Shown: positions 8,303 through 18,271 of the stretch, piece after piece
Numbering within the stretch: the stretch's first letter is position 1
Layout of the letters: every line of letters starts with the position of its first letter
Source: an uncultured Bifidobacteriaceae bacterium
GTDB lineage: Bacteria; Actinomycetota; Acidimicrobiia; IMCC26256; PALSA-555
Reading direction: 5' to 3'
NCBI GenBank assembly: GCA_964501785.1
Contig: CAZCUD010000006.1
Coordinates: 158,084 to 222,083 of the forward strand
DNA: 64,000 nucleotides
Program-made: the position numbers and the translations under genes
The notes under the pieces: model-generated
The model's database searches: none
The model's input: only the letters and a program-made list of their open reading frames with translations
Told to the model about the DNA's origin: nothing

Positions 8303-9361
8303 ATGCGTGCGTTGCAGCTCGTCGAGTGGCAGCACCCCCCGGAGCTGCGTGACGTGCCGGAGCCGGAGCCGGGCCCCGGGCAGGTCGTCGTGCGCGTCGC
8401 CGGCGCGGGGGCGTGTCACTCCGACCTGCACCTGATGCACGACTTCGTCGAGGGCATGGTGCCGTTCGGCCCTCCCTTCACGCTCGGGCACGAGAACTCG
8501 GGTTGGGTGGACGCGCTGGGCGCAGGCGTCGAGGGCCTCGAGATCGGTCAGCCGGTGCTCGTCTACGGCCCCTGGGGGTGCGGGCGCTGCCGCCGGTGTC
8601 GTGAGGGCGCGGAGAACTACTGCGAGCGCCAGGCCGAGCTCGGGGTGTTCGGCGGCGGGCTCGGGCTCGACGGCGGGATGGCGGCCAAGATGCTCGTGCC
8701 GAGCCCCCGGCACCTCGTGCCGTTGCCCGACGCGATCGATCCGGTCGACGCCGCGCCGCTCGCCGACGCTGCGCTGACGCCGTACCACGCCATCCGGCGA
8801 TCAGCCGGACTGCTCGGCGCGGGATCCACCGCCGTCGTCATCGGTGTCGGCGGCCTCGGGCAGATGGCGGTCGAGCTCCTGGAGGCGTTGACGCCCGCGC
8901 GCATCGTCGCCGTCGACACCCGCGAGGCCGCGCTCGACACGGCGCGCGCCGCGGGCGCCTCGGACGCGCTGCTCGCGTCCGCGCCCGCCGACGAGACCAT
9001 CGAGGCCGTCGGCCGCATCACGGGCGGGCGGCTCGCCGACGTCGTCCTCGACTTCGTCGGGGTCGACGCCACGCTCGCCGTGGCGAGCCGGATCGTGCGT
9101 CCGCTCGGCCACCTGACGCTCGTCGGCATCGGCGGGGGCACGCTGCCCTTCTCGTTCTTCTCGACCGCGTACGAGGTGTCGTTGGCCACGACGTACTGGG
9201 GGAGCCTTCCCGAGCTGATGGACGTGGTCGCGCTGGCCGCGGCGGGGACCATCGGCACGACGGTGACGCGCTTCTCGCTCGACGAGGCGGCGGCCGCCTA
9301 CGAGGCCCTGGAGCACGGTGAGCTCCAGGGGCGAGCCGTCGTCGTCCCGGCATCCGGCTAG
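8303..9361 (+). CDS. Zinc-dependent alcohol dehydrogenase (MDR family)
   Basis: ORF 8201..9361 trimmed to ATG 8303. It has catalytic Zn ligands (GACHSD, GHE), the structural Zn motif CGRCRRCREGAENYC and the GVGGLG nucleotide fold. Confidence 0.9.
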   Translation: MRALQLVEWQHPPELRDVPEPEPGPGQVVVRVAGAGACHSDLHLMHDFVEGMVPFGPPFTLGHENSGWVDALGAGVEGLEIGQPVLVYGPWGCGRCRRCREGAENYCERQAELGVFGGGLGLDGGMAAKMLVPSPRHLVPLPDAIDPVDAAPLADAALTPYHAIRRSAGLLGAGSTAVVIGVGGLGQMAVELLEALTPARIVAVDTREAALDTARAAGASDALLASAPADETIEAVGRITGGRLADVVLDFVGVDATLAVASRIVRPLGHLTLVGIGGGTLPFSFFSTAYEVSLATTYWGSLPELMDVVALAAAGTIGTTVTRFSLDEAAAAYEALEHGELQGRAVVVPASG

Positions 9362-9392
9362 GCGGAGACGCTCGAGAGCGAGTGCCGGGTCC

Positions 9393-12188
9393 GTGACCGG
9401 TCGTACGCTCGCGCCGGTGGATGCGAGCAACGACGGGTACCCGGTCCAGTGGGAAGGCGACGTCGTGCTGGCCGACGGCGGCACGGTGCACGTGCGCCCG
9501 ATGCGCCGCGACGACGCGTCGGCACTGCTCGACCTCTACGGCCGGCTCTCCGACGAGTCGCTGTACCTCCGCTTCTTCTCGCCCGTGCCTGCGCCTCGGG
9601 CCCGCGACCTCGAGCAGCTGACCGACATCGACTACGACCGGCGGTTCGCGCTCGTCGTCGAGCTCGGCGACGCCGTCGTCGCGGTCGCGCGCTACGTCCG
9701 CACGAGCGGGGCGGCCGACGAAGCGGAGATCGCGTTCACCGTCGCCGACGACCAGCAGGGCCGTGGTCTGGGCACCCTGCTGCTGGAGCAGCTCGCCGCC
9801 GTCGCCCGCGAGCACGGCATCCGTCGGTTCGTCGCGATGACGCTGCGTCGCAACGCCGCGATGCTCAAGGTGTTCGCGGATGCGGGCTACGAGGTGCACA
9901 AGGCCAGCGACGGGAACGTCGTGGAGGTGTCGTTCGACATCGCCCCCACCGCGGCTTCGCTCGACGCACAGGAACGGCGTGAGAAGATCTCGGAAGCGCG
10001 CTCGGTGACTCGCATCCTCGCCCCCGGATCGATCGCCGTCATCGGGGCGAGCCGCCGACAGGGGACGATCGGCAACGGCGTGCTGCGCAACCTGCTCGCG
10101 GGCGACTTCGGTGGGCCGGTCTACCCGGTGAACCCCAACGCCGACTCGGTCGCGGGCGTGCGTGCCTATCCCGACCTCGCGGCGATCGGAGCGCAGGTCG
10201 ACCTCGCGGTGGTCTGCGTCCCGGCGCCGCTGGTGCCCGAGATCGTCGACGAGTGCGCGCACGCGGGCGTGCAGGGGCTGGTCGTCATCTCCGCCGGCTT
10301 CGGGGAGGTCGACCCGACGGGCCGCGACGTCGAGCACCGGATGGTCGAGACCGCGCGGCGCAACGGCATGCGGATGATCGGCCCCAACTGCATGGGCGTC
10401 GTGAACACCGACGCCGACGTCGCGATGAACGCCACGTTCGCCCCGTTCCCTCCGATCGGCGGACGGATCGGGTTCGCGTCCCAGTCGGGAGGCCTGGGCA
10501 TCGCGCTCCTGGCCCGATCCGCCGAGCTCGGGCTCGGCATCTCGACGTTCGTCTCCCTCGGCAACAAGGCCGACGTGAGCAGCAACGACCTCCTCCAGTA
10601 CTGGGACGAGGACCCGCAGACCGACGTGATCCTGCTGTACCTCGAGTCGTTCGGGAACCCACGGAAGTTCGCCCGACTCGCACGGCGCATCGCTCGCCAG
10701 AAGCCGATCGTCGCCGTCAAGAGCGGACGCAGCGCGGCCGGGATCCGCGGGACCTCGTCGCACACCGCCGCACTCGCCGCACCCGAGGCCACGGTCGACG
10801 CGCTCTTCGCCCAGGCCGGCGTCATCAGGGTCGAGACGCTCGAAGAGCTGTTCGACACGGCCGGCGTCCTGCTGCACCAGCCGCTCCCGAAGGGTCCGCG
10901 CGTCGCGATCGTGACCAACGGCGGCGGTCCCGGGATCCTGGCGGCCGACGCCTGCGCATCGGCCGGTCTCGACGTCGTCGAGCTCCCCGAGGCGACACAG
11001 GCGGAGCTGCGGACGTTCGTCTCACCGGACGCATCGGTCGTGAACCCGATCGACCTCGTCGCGTCCGCCAGCGCAGACGTGTACGCGCGCACGCTCGACG
11101 TGCTGCTCGGCGAGGACGCGGTCGACGCGATCCTCGTGATCTTCGTGCCGCCCCTGGTGACCCGCGCCGAAGACGTCGCGCGGGTGATCTCGGACGCCGC
11201 GCAGCGGTCGGGTGACACGTCGATCATCGCGTGCTTCCTCGGGCGCAGCGGGACGCTCGACCTCATCGATCCTGCGCCCGGGGCCGGTGACGACGGGGCG
11301 GCCGACGACGTCGAGCACCTCGAGTCGGCCCGCCGGGTCCCGACGTTCGCGTTCCCCGAGTCGGCGGCCGCCGCGCTCGGTCGCGCCGCGCACCATCGGG
11401 CGTGGTGCGAGCGCCCCGAGGGATCCACGCCCGAGCTCGAGGACGCCAGGGTCGACGTCGCGCGTCGAGTCGTCGCCGAGCGGCTGGCCGCGAACCCGGC
11501 GGGCGAGTGGCTCGGCGCCACGGCCGCGACGGGCCTCCTCGAGGCGATGGGCGTGCCGGTCACGCGCTCGGTCGTGGTCGACGACGCCGACGCGGCGGTC
11601 GCCGCCGCGGCCGAGCTCGGGTTCCCGGTCGTGCTGAAGGCCGCCTCACCGGATCTGGTGCACAAGACGGAACGGGGCGGGGTGCGGCTGCACCTGACCG
11701 ACGCCGATGCCGTCCGGGCGGCGTTCGCCGGCATGTCCGCCGATCTGGGCGAGGAGATGGGCGGGGCGGTCGTCCAGACGATGGAGTCGGCAGGGCTCGA
11801 GATGATCGTCGGCGTCACGCGCGACGACGCCTTCGGCTCCCTGGTGCTGCTCGGCATGGGCGGCACGCAGGCCGAGCTGCTGCGGGACACGACCCTTCGC
11901 ATCGTGCCTCTCACCGACGTCGACGCGGCCGAGATGGTCCGGTCGCTGCGCACGTCGCCGTTGCTGTTCGGCTATCGCGGATCGCCCGAGGTCGACGTGG
12001 CGGCGCTCGAGGACGCGGTGCTGCGCATCGGACTGCTCGCGGAGCACGTCCCCGAGATCGCCGAGCTCGACTGCAACCCGATGATCGTCTCTCCCGACGG
12101 CGTCCGCGTCGTCGACGTGAAGGTCCGGCTCGCGCCCATCCCGCCCGGACCGCCGCCGGGCGTGCGTCGCCTCCGCGACGTCGTCTGA
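9393..12188 (+). CDS. Bifunctional GNAT N-acetyltransferase / ADP-forming acyl-CoA synthetase-like protein (Pat-type protein acetyltransferase architecture, GNAT N-terminal)
   Basis: ORF 9318..12188. The start is placed after the ADH stop at GTG 9393 (alternative GTG 9417). An N-terminal GNAT (QQGRGLGTLLL) is followed by a CoA-binding/succinyl-CoA-synthetase-like domain and a C-terminal ATP-grasp region. Confidence 0.85.
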   Translation: MTGRTLAPVDASNDGYPVQWEGDVVLADGGTVHVRPMRRDDASALLDLYGRLSDESLYLRFFSPVPAPRARDLEQLTDIDYDRRFALVVELGDAVVAVARYVRTSGAADEAEIAFTVADDQQGRGLGTLLLEQLAAVAREHGIRRFVAMTLRRNAAMLKVFADAGYEVHKASDGNVVEVSFDIAPTAASLDAQERREKISEARSVTRILAPGSIAVIGASRRQGTIGNGVLRNLLAGDFGGPVYPVNPNADSVAGVRAYPDLAAIGAQVDLAVVCVPAPLVPEIVDECAHAGVQGLVVISAGFGEVDPTGRDVEHRMVETARRNGMRMIGPNCMGVVNTDADVAMNATFAPFPPIGGRIGFASQSGGLGIALLARSAELGLGISTFVSLGNKADVSSNDLLQYWDEDPQTDVILLYLESFGNPRKFARLARRIARQKPIVAVKSGRSAAGIRGTSSHTAALAAPEATVDALFAQAGVIRVETLEELFDTAGVLLHQPLPKGPRVAIVTNGGGPGILAADACASAGLDVVELPEATQAELRTFVSPDASVVNPIDLVASASADVYARTLDVLLGEDAVDAILVIFVPPLVTRAEDVARVISDAAQRSGDTSIIACFLGRSGTLDLIDPAPGAGDDGAADDVEHLESARRVPTFAFPESAAAALGRAAHHRAWCERPEGSTPELEDARVDVARRVVAERLAANPAGEWLGATAATGLLEAMGVPVTRSVVVDDADAAVAAAAELGFPVVLKAASPDLVHKTERGGVRLHLTDADAVRAAFAGMSADLGEEMGGAVVQTMESAGLEMIVGVTRDDAFGSLVLLGMGGTQAELLRDTTLRIVPLTDVDAAEMVRSLRTSPLLFGYRGSPEVDVAALEDAVLRIGLLAEHVPEIAELDCNPMIVSPDGVRVVDVKVRLAPIPPGPPPGVRRLRDVV

Positions 12189-12204
12189 TGCGCCCGGAGC
12201 GTCC

Positions 12205-12327
12205 GTGAGCGGAGCAGAGGTCGTCGTGGTGTCGATCGCGGGCATCGGGCTCGCCGCGGTCGTGTGCTGGCTCGTGGTGCACTTCGCCTTGCGACTCGAG
12301 CGCCGACACCGTGCCCGGCCTCGCTGA
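12205..12327 (+). CDS. Hypothetical 40-aa single-pass membrane peptide upstream of the P-type ATPase
   Basis: Not in the ORF track (<60 aa). It runs from GTG 12205 to TGA 12325-12327 with high GC3. VSGAEVVVVSIAGIGLAAVVCWLVVHFALRLERRHRARPR has one hydrophobic helix and a basic tail. Its 3' end overlaps the ATPase start (12311) by 17 nt. Confidence 0.4.
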   Translation: MSGAEVVVVSIAGIGLAAVVCWLVVHFALRLERRHRARPR

Positions 12328-14905
12328 ACGACCCGGCGGCGCGCACGGGCTGACGGCGGCCGAGGCGGCCGAGCGCCTCGTCCGGGACGGTCCGAACGCG
12401 CTGCCGGTCCCGAGGGCCACACCGGCGTGGCGGCGCTTCGGAGCCGAGCTGGTCCACTTCTTCGCGCTGCTGTTCTGGGCCGCCGGAGCCCTTGCCTTCA
12501 TCGCCGGCCTGCCGCAGCTGGGCGTCGCCGTGTTCATCGTCATCGTGCTCAACGCGGCGTTCGCCTTCGTGCAGGAGCAGCGGGCCGAGCACGCCGCGGA
12601 GCGGCTGCGCGACATGTTGCCCCGCCAGGCCACGGTCGTGCGCGACGGATCGCCGTCCGCCATCGACGCCGACGACCTGGTCGTCGGAGACCTGGTGCGC
12701 CTCGAGCAGGGAGACCGGATCTCGGCCGACCTCGAGGCCGTCGCGGTGCACGACTGCGCGGTCGACGTGTCGGCGCTCACGGGTGAGAGCGTCCCGGTGC
12801 GACCGACACGCGGCGACCTGCTCTTCGCGGGTTGCTTCGTCGTCGAAGGCGAGGCCGACGCCGTGGTCGTGGCCGTGGGGTCAGCGACCCGGCTGGCGGG
12901 GATCGCGCGCCTCACGCGCACGCACAAGCCGGCCGCGACGCCCCTCCGCCGCGAGCTCGACCGCTTGTCCCGCATGATCGCGGCCATCGCGATCGGAGTC
13001 GGCGGCACGTTCTTCCTGCTCGCGCTGCTCCTCGGGACGCCCGCGTCGGACGGCTTCCTCTTCGCCGTCGGCGTGACGGTCGCGGTGGTGCCGGCGGGCC
13101 TGCTCCCGACCGTGACCTTGTCGCTGGCGATCGGTGCTCAGCGGATGGCCGCCCGGCACGCGCTCGTCCGGCACCTCGAGGCCGTCGAGACGCTGGGCTC
13201 CACGACCTTCATCTGCACCGACAAGACGGGCACCCTCACGCGCAACGAGATGGAGGTCGTCGAGGCATGGATGCCGTCGGGACGCGCGTCGATCCATGGC
13301 CGAGGCTACGAGCCGGCCGCAGCGGTCGACGTGGAGTCGAACGCCGTCGCGCGAGATCTGATCCAGATCGCCTCGGCGGGGACGATCTGCTCGACGGGAC
13401 GGGCGGTTCGCGACGACGAACAGGGGCGATGGGTGGCGCGGGGAGACCCGATGGAAGCGGCGATCGCGGCGCTCGCGGCGCGGGTGGGCGTCGACGCGGC
13501 GGACCTCGATCCTCCGGTCATCCGGCGGTTCCCGTTCGACCCGAGGCGCCGTCGCATGTCGGTCGTCGTCGACGACGCGGTGCTGGTGAAGGGGGCGCCG
13601 GACGCGGTCATCCCGCGCTGCGGGCCCTCGGCCGGCGCGGACGACGCGGTGCACGCGATGGGGCAGCGCGGGCTGCGTGTCCTCGCCGTGGCTCGCCGCC
13701 CCTGGTCGGGGACCGCGCCGGCCGCGGTCGACGACGCCGAGCGGGATCTCGAGCTGCTCGGCCTCCTCGGGTTCGAGGATCCGCCCCGCGAGGGAGCCGC
13801 CGAGGCGATCGCACGGTGCCGGGGCGCCGGCATCAGCGTCGCGATGGTGACGGGTGACCATCCCGCCACCGCCCTCGCCGTGGCCCGGGAGGTCGGCCTG
13901 GCTCGCGAGGGTGCACCGGTCGTGACCGGAGCCGAGCTGCCCATCGACGACGACGCGCTGGCCGCCGCGATCGAGCTCGACGGCACCGTGATCGCCCGGG
14001 TCTCGCCCGAGGACAAGCTGCGCATCGCCGAGGTGCTCCAGCGACGCGGCCACGTCGTCGCGATGACCGGCGACGGCGTCAACGACGCGCCGGCACTGCG
14101 CGAGGCCGCGATCGGCGTCGCGATGGGGAGGGCTGGTACCGACGTCGCACGGGAGGCGGCGGACCTCGTGCTGCTGGACGACGACTTCGCGACCATCGTC
14201 GCCGCGGTCGAGCAGGGACGCTCGACGTTCGCGAACATCCGCCGCTTCCTCACGTACCACCTCACCGACAACGTGGCGGAGCTGGCTCCCTTCATCGTCT
14301 GGGCGCTCTCGGGCGGCTCGTTCCCGCTCGCCTTCAGCGTCCTCCAGCTGCTGGCCCTCGACATCGGCACCGACGTCCTCCCCGCGCTGGCGCTGGGCGC
14401 GGAGCCGCCTGGCGAGCACGTCCTCGACCGTGCGCCGCGCCGCCGCCACCTGGTCGACCGCACGGTGCTGCTGCGTGCCTTCGGCGTCCTCGGGCCAGCC
14501 GAGGCCACCGTCGCGCTCGTCGCGTTCGTGGTCTCGTTCGTCGCGGCGGGGTGGGCGCCGGGCGATCCCTTCCCCGAAGGTCATGTGCTCCTGGCCGCGT
14601 CCGGCGCCGCGTTCACGGCGGTGGTGCTCGGGCAGGTGGCGAACGCGTTCGCGTGTCGCAGCACGGTGCGGCTGGTCTGGCGCGTGTCGTTGCGGTCGAA
14701 CCGGCTGCTGCTCGTCGCGATCGGGGCCGAGCTCGTGATGCTCCTCGGGTTCCTGTTCGTGCCCCCGATCGCCGACCTGCTCGACCAGGCGCCACCGTCG
14801 TGGGCGGGCTTCGGCGTCGCGCTGCTCGCGATCCCCGCGGTCCTGGCCGCGGACACCGTGCAGAAGACGGTGGTGCGACTTCACAGTCCCCTGATGAGGC
14901 GCTGA
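12311..14905 (+). CDS. Cation-translocating P-type ATPase
   Basis: ORF track. Motifs: TGES, the DKTGTLT phosphorylation site, TGDGVNDAPAL and the N-terminal GLTAAEAAERL motif. Multiple TM segments are present. Confidence 0.95.
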   Translation: MPGLAERPGGAHGLTAAEAAERLVRDGPNALPVPRATPAWRRFGAELVHFFALLFWAAGALAFIAGLPQLGVAVFIVIVLNAAFAFVQEQRAEHAAERLRDMLPRQATVVRDGSPSAIDADDLVVGDLVRLEQGDRISADLEAVAVHDCAVDVSALTGESVPVRPTRGDLLFAGCFVVEGEADAVVVAVGSATRLAGIARLTRTHKPAATPLRRELDRLSRMIAAIAIGVGGTFFLLALLLGTPASDGFLFAVGVTVAVVPAGLLPTVTLSLAIGAQRMAARHALVRHLEAVETLGSTTFICTDKTGTLTRNEMEVVEAWMPSGRASIHGRGYEPAAAVDVESNAVARDLIQIASAGTICSTGRAVRDDEQGRWVARGDPMEAAIAALAARVGVDAADLDPPVIRRFPFDPRRRRMSVVVDDAVLVKGAPDAVIPRCGPSAGADDAVHAMGQRGLRVLAVARRPWSGTAPAAVDDAERDLELLGLLGFEDPPREGAAEAIARCRGAGISVAMVTGDHPATALAVAREVGLAREGAPVVTGAELPIDDDALAAAIELDGTVIARVSPEDKLRIAEVLQRRGHVVAMTGDGVNDAPALREAAIGVAMGRAGTDVAREAADLVLLDDDFATIVAAVEQGRSTFANIRRFLTYHLTDNVAELAPFIVWALSGGSFPLAFSVLQLLALDIGTDVLPALALGAEPPGEHVLDRAPRRRHLVDRTVLLRAFGVLGPAEATVALVAFVVSFVAAGWAPGDPFPEGHVLLAASGAAFTAVVLGQVANAFACRSTVRLVWRVSLRSNRLLLVAIGAELVMLLGFLFVPPIADLLDQAPPSWAGFGVALLAIPAVLAADTVQKTVVRLHSPLMRR

Positions 14906-14939
14906 CTGAGCGGGCGCAGGGCGGCGCGAAGGTGGTCAC

Positions 14940-15908
14940 ATGACAGCGCGACCCGCTCGCCGGAAGACGAGACAGACGACGACGGCCCTCGTCGTGGGCG
15001 TCGTGATCGCCCTCGCGGCGGGCGCCGGACCGGCCGGCGCGGGCGACGGGACGCGCCGCGGTGACGTCGGGAGCGAGGAGTCGTGCCGGTCCCGGCCCGA
15101 GGTCCTCACCGACGTGCCCTACGCCGAGGTCGACGGGGTGGATCCGCGGCTGCTCTCGCTCGACCTCCACCTCCCCGCGACGGACGGGTCGTGTGCACCC
15201 GTGCCGCTGGTGATCGGCGTGCACGGCGGCGGCTGGGTCGTCGGTGACAAGCGAGGGTTCACCGGCGACAAGGCTCGCCTGTTCAACGGCGAGGGCTGGG
15301 CGTTCGCCAACCTCAACTACCGGCTCACCCGGCGCGATCAGGATCCTCCGGTGCGGTACCCGACGCACAACGAGGACGTCGCGCGCGCCGTGGCCTGGCT
15401 CGTCGACCACGCCGACGAGTACGGCCTCGACACCGAACGAGTGGGGATCCTCGGTCACTCGGCGGGCGCGCAGATCGTCGCGTCGGTGACGACGGACGAG
15501 CGCTACCTCGAGGACGTCGGTCTCGGCCTGGACCGGATCCAGTGCGCGTTCCCCGTCGACACCGAAGGCTTCGACGTCGAGGCCCGCGTCGCCACGGGCA
15601 GTCGCGGCGCTCGCCTCTATGCCGCGATCTTCGGGACCGACCCCGCGGTCCAGCGCGAGGCCTCGCCGATCCGCCACGTCGAGCCCGGCAAGGACGTCCC
15701 TCCGATGCTGCTCGTCCGACGCGGGGAGCCGCCCCGGGTCGCCCAGCTCGAGGCCTTCGCCGACGCGCTCCGCGACGCCGACGTCCCCGTCGACGTGATC
15801 GACGCCACCGGGTACAGCCACGCCGAGGTCAACGACCTGATCGGCTCGACCGACGACCCGGTGATGACCGACCCGGTACGGGCGTTCTACCGACGCTGCT
15901 TCCGCTGA
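14940..15908 (+). CDS. Secreted alpha/beta-hydrolase (carboxylesterase/lipase-like)
   Basis: ORF track. It has a signal-like N-terminus (RRKTRQTTTALVVGVVIALAAGAGPAGA), the HGGGW oxyanion motif and the GHSAGA nucleophile elbow. Confidence 0.85.
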   Translation: MTARPARRKTRQTTTALVVGVVIALAAGAGPAGAGDGTRRGDVGSEESCRSRPEVLTDVPYAEVDGVDPRLLSLDLHLPATDGSCAPVPLVIGVHGGGWVVGDKRGFTGDKARLFNGEGWAFANLNYRLTRRDQDPPVRYPTHNEDVARAVAWLVDHADEYGLDTERVGILGHSAGAQIVASVTTDERYLEDVGLGLDRIQCAFPVDTEGFDVEARVATGSRGARLYAAIFGTDPAVQREASPIRHVEPGKDVPPMLLVRRGEPPRVAQLEAFADALRDADVPVDVIDATGYSHAEVNDLIGSTDDPVMTDPVRAFYRRCFR

Positions 15909-16009
15909 CGTCCGGTGGCTCCCGGCGCGAATCGTCCGGATAGGGTGACGCCGCGCGTCGGGGCCTCGACGAGGCTGTGCAGGGCGGCACACTCCTGGAG
16001 GAAGCGCAG

Positions 16010-16444
16010 ATGGCAGACGAAGAGCTGGGGCCGATCGACTACCTGATCGTCGAGTACCCGGGCAGCAAGATGACCGGTGAGGCGCTGCCGCTCCTGGTCG
16101 ACCTGGTCGACCGGGGGCTGATCCGCATCCTCGACCTCCTGTTCGTCCGCAAGGCCGACGACGGATCGGTGACCGCCGTCAACCTGGCCGACCTCGACGG
16201 CGACGGCACGCTCGACCTCGCGGTGTTCGAGGGCGCCTCGTCGGGCCTGCTCGACCAGTCCGACGTCGACGATGCCGGTGGCGTGCTCGACCCGGGCTCG
16301 TCGGCCGCGATCCTGCTCTACGAGAACCGCTGGGCGGCTCCGTTCGCCGCCGCGCTGCGACGCAGCGGTGCCCAGCTCGTCGCCCGCGGTGGTGTGCCGA
16401 TCGACGCGCTGGTCGCGTCGCTCGACGCCGCCGAGGCGTCCTGA
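16010..16444 (+). CDS. Conserved actinobacterial hypothetical protein (DUF6325-like by recall)
   Basis: ORF 15977..16444 trimmed to ATG 16010, 7 nt after GGAGGAAG. The sequence GPIDYLIVEYPGSKMTGEALPLLVDLVDRGLIRILDLLFV belongs to a family that is typically followed by a SHOCT protein. Confidence 0.7.
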   Translation: MADEELGPIDYLIVEYPGSKMTGEALPLLVDLVDRGLIRILDLLFVRKADDGSVTAVNLADLDGDGTLDLAVFEGASSGLLDQSDVDDAGGVLDPGSSAAILLYENRWAAPFAAALRRSGAQLVARGGVPIDALVASLDAAEAS

Positions 16445-16490
16445 CCCGTCCGATCGCCCGATCCGTCTCTCGGTCACAGGAGGACCACCG

Positions 16491-16769
16491 ATGCCAGGTC
16501 TGCTTCGCGGGGTTGCCCGCACCGCGGTGATCGCCGGCACCGCGACCGCGGTCTCGAATCGTGTCTCGCGCCGGCAGGGCGAGCGCTGGGCTGCGCAGGA
16601 GCAGCAGCAGTACGCCCAGCAGCAGTACGCCGAGCCCGCCCCGGCCCCGGCGGCGGCGCCCGCCCAGGACAACATCGCGCAGCTCAAGGAGCTCGCCGAG
16701 CTGCACCAGCAGGGCGTGCTGACCGACGACGAGTTCGCCGCCCAGAAGGCCAAGATCCTCGCCTCCTGA
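16491..16769 (+). CDS. SHOCT-domain protein
   Basis: Tail of ORF 16272..16769, starting at ATG 16491 after ACAGGAGGA. It has a Q-rich linker and a C-terminal SHOCT motif, IAQLKELAELHQQGVLTDDEFAAQKAKIL. Confidence 0.75.
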   Translation: MPGLLRGVARTAVIAGTATAVSNRVSRRQGERWAAQEQQQYAQQQYAEPAPAPAAAPAQDNIAQLKELAELHQQGVLTDDEFAAQKAKILAS

Positions 16770-16788
16770 GCATGGGTAGCGTCGCCGC

Positions 16789-17727
16789 ATGACGACCTTC
16801 GGCCTCCAGCTGCCCAGCTTCACCGTCGACTGCGCGGACAGCGCGCTCTTCGACCGCATCGTCGAGATGGCGGTCGCGGGGGAGGAGAGCGGCTTCTCGT
16901 CGCTCTGGGTGATGGACCACCTCTACCAGCTGCCGGCCCTCGGTGGTGAGGACGCGCCGATGCTCGAGGCCTACACGCTGCTCGGCGCCCTCGCGGCCCG
17001 CACTCGCAGCGTGCAGCTCGGCACGCTCGTGACGGGCGTGACGTACCGCAACCCGGCGATCCTCGCGAAGCAGGTCACCACGCTCGACGTCGTCAGCAGC
17101 GGCCGGGCGATCCTCGGCATCGGCGCGGCGTGGCACGACGTCGAGCACGTCGCCTTCGGGGTCGACTTCCCGAGCGACGGCGAGCGCCTCGACCGGCTCG
17201 AGGAGGCGGTGCAGATCGCGCGGGCCATGTTCACCGAGGAGGCGCCGTCGTTCCACGGACGCCACTACCGCATCGAGAGCATCAAGAACCTGCCGCGCCC
17301 GATCCGCCCGGAGGGCATCCCGATCATGATCGGCGGGGGTGGTGAGAAGCGCACCCTGCGCCTGGTGGCGCAGTACGCCGACCAGTGCAACATCGCGGGC
17401 GACCTCGACACGATCCACCACAAGCTCGAGGTGCTCCAGCGGCACTGCGCCGAGGTCGGGCGCGACCCGGCCGAGATCCGCACGACGCGCCTCGGCTCCT
17501 TGTTCCTCACCGACGGCGAGCAGCAGACGATCGACACGCGAGCGATGCTGATCGACCTCGCCGGGGCCGAGTTCGCCGCGGGCTGCACGGTCGGCACCGA
17601 CGACGAGGTGCTCGAGCAGGTCGAGCTGATGATCGACGCCGGCATCGACGAGCCGATCTTCAACCTGCCGTTCTCCGACGCCGCCACGATCCGACGCGCG
17701 GGCGAGCTCCTCACCAAGACGTTCTGA
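16789..17727 (+). CDS. LLM-class F420-dependent oxidoreductase
   Basis: ORF track. Motifs: MTTFGLQLPSF, SLWVMDHL, ILGIGAAW, PIMIGGGGEKRTLRLVAQYAD. These are typical of F420-dependent LLM enzymes. Confidence 0.9.
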   Translation: MTTFGLQLPSFTVDCADSALFDRIVEMAVAGEESGFSSLWVMDHLYQLPALGGEDAPMLEAYTLLGALAARTRSVQLGTLVTGVTYRNPAILAKQVTTLDVVSSGRAILGIGAAWHDVEHVAFGVDFPSDGERLDRLEEAVQIARAMFTEEAPSFHGRHYRIESIKNLPRPIRPEGIPIMIGGGGEKRTLRLVAQYADQCNIAGDLDTIHHKLEVLQRHCAEVGRDPAEIRTTRLGSLFLTDGEQQTIDTRAMLIDLAGAEFAAGCTVGTDDEVLEQVELMIDAGIDEPIFNLPFSDAATIRRAGELLTKTF

Positions 17728-17767
17728 CGCGAGCAGGCGGCGCGCGGCCGTCAGGGAGCGCGGCGCG

Positions 17768-18271
17768 TCACAGGCTCGGCTCCGGGGCCCAGTCGGGCCG
17801 GGTGAGCGTCGTCGTGCCCACGGTCGCGACCCAGCCGAGCACGTCGTGGCGCGACCCGTCGCACGCGAGCAGGTCGATCGCGTCGACCCGCCACACGTAG
17901 ACCGCGTCCTGGTCGAACCGGCGACCCAGCGCGCAGGCATCGTCGGGCGACGCGTCGAGCAGCAGCACGCCGTCCTCGGCGTGGAGGCCCGCGGGGTCAC
18001 CACCGACCGCCGCCCACCAGCGCCAGCCGTGACCGGCGACGTCGTCGAGCAGCGCGTCGTGGCGCCGGTCGTTCTCGGCGGGGTCGATGACCGGACCGCC
18101 CGGGTTGTGCGACGTCACGAACGCGACGGCCCCGGCGAACGGGAACGCGCCCTCGACCCGACCGCGCGTGGTCGGGACGACCGAGATCGGTGCCCGACCG
18201 TCCGCGGGCCAGCAGGTGAAGCCCGCGGCGACGTAGTCGGCCCAGTGATCGTGCGAGTCGTCCCTGCTCAC
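17768..18271 (-). CDS. DUF3293-like protein
   Basis: C-terminal part of ORF 17768..20056. GTG 18271 overlaps the MFS stop (GTGA). It carries the AFVTSHNPGG...ENDRRHDALLDDV pattern. Confidence 0.7.
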   Translation of the reverse strand: MSRDDSHDHWADYVAAGFTCWPADGRAPISVVPTTRGRVEGAFPFAGAVAFVTSHNPGGPVIDPAENDRRHDALLDDVAGHGWRWWAAVGGDPAGLHAEDGVLLLDASPDDACALGRRFDQDAVYVWRVDAIDLLACDGSRHDVLGWVATVGTTTLTRPDWAPEPSL

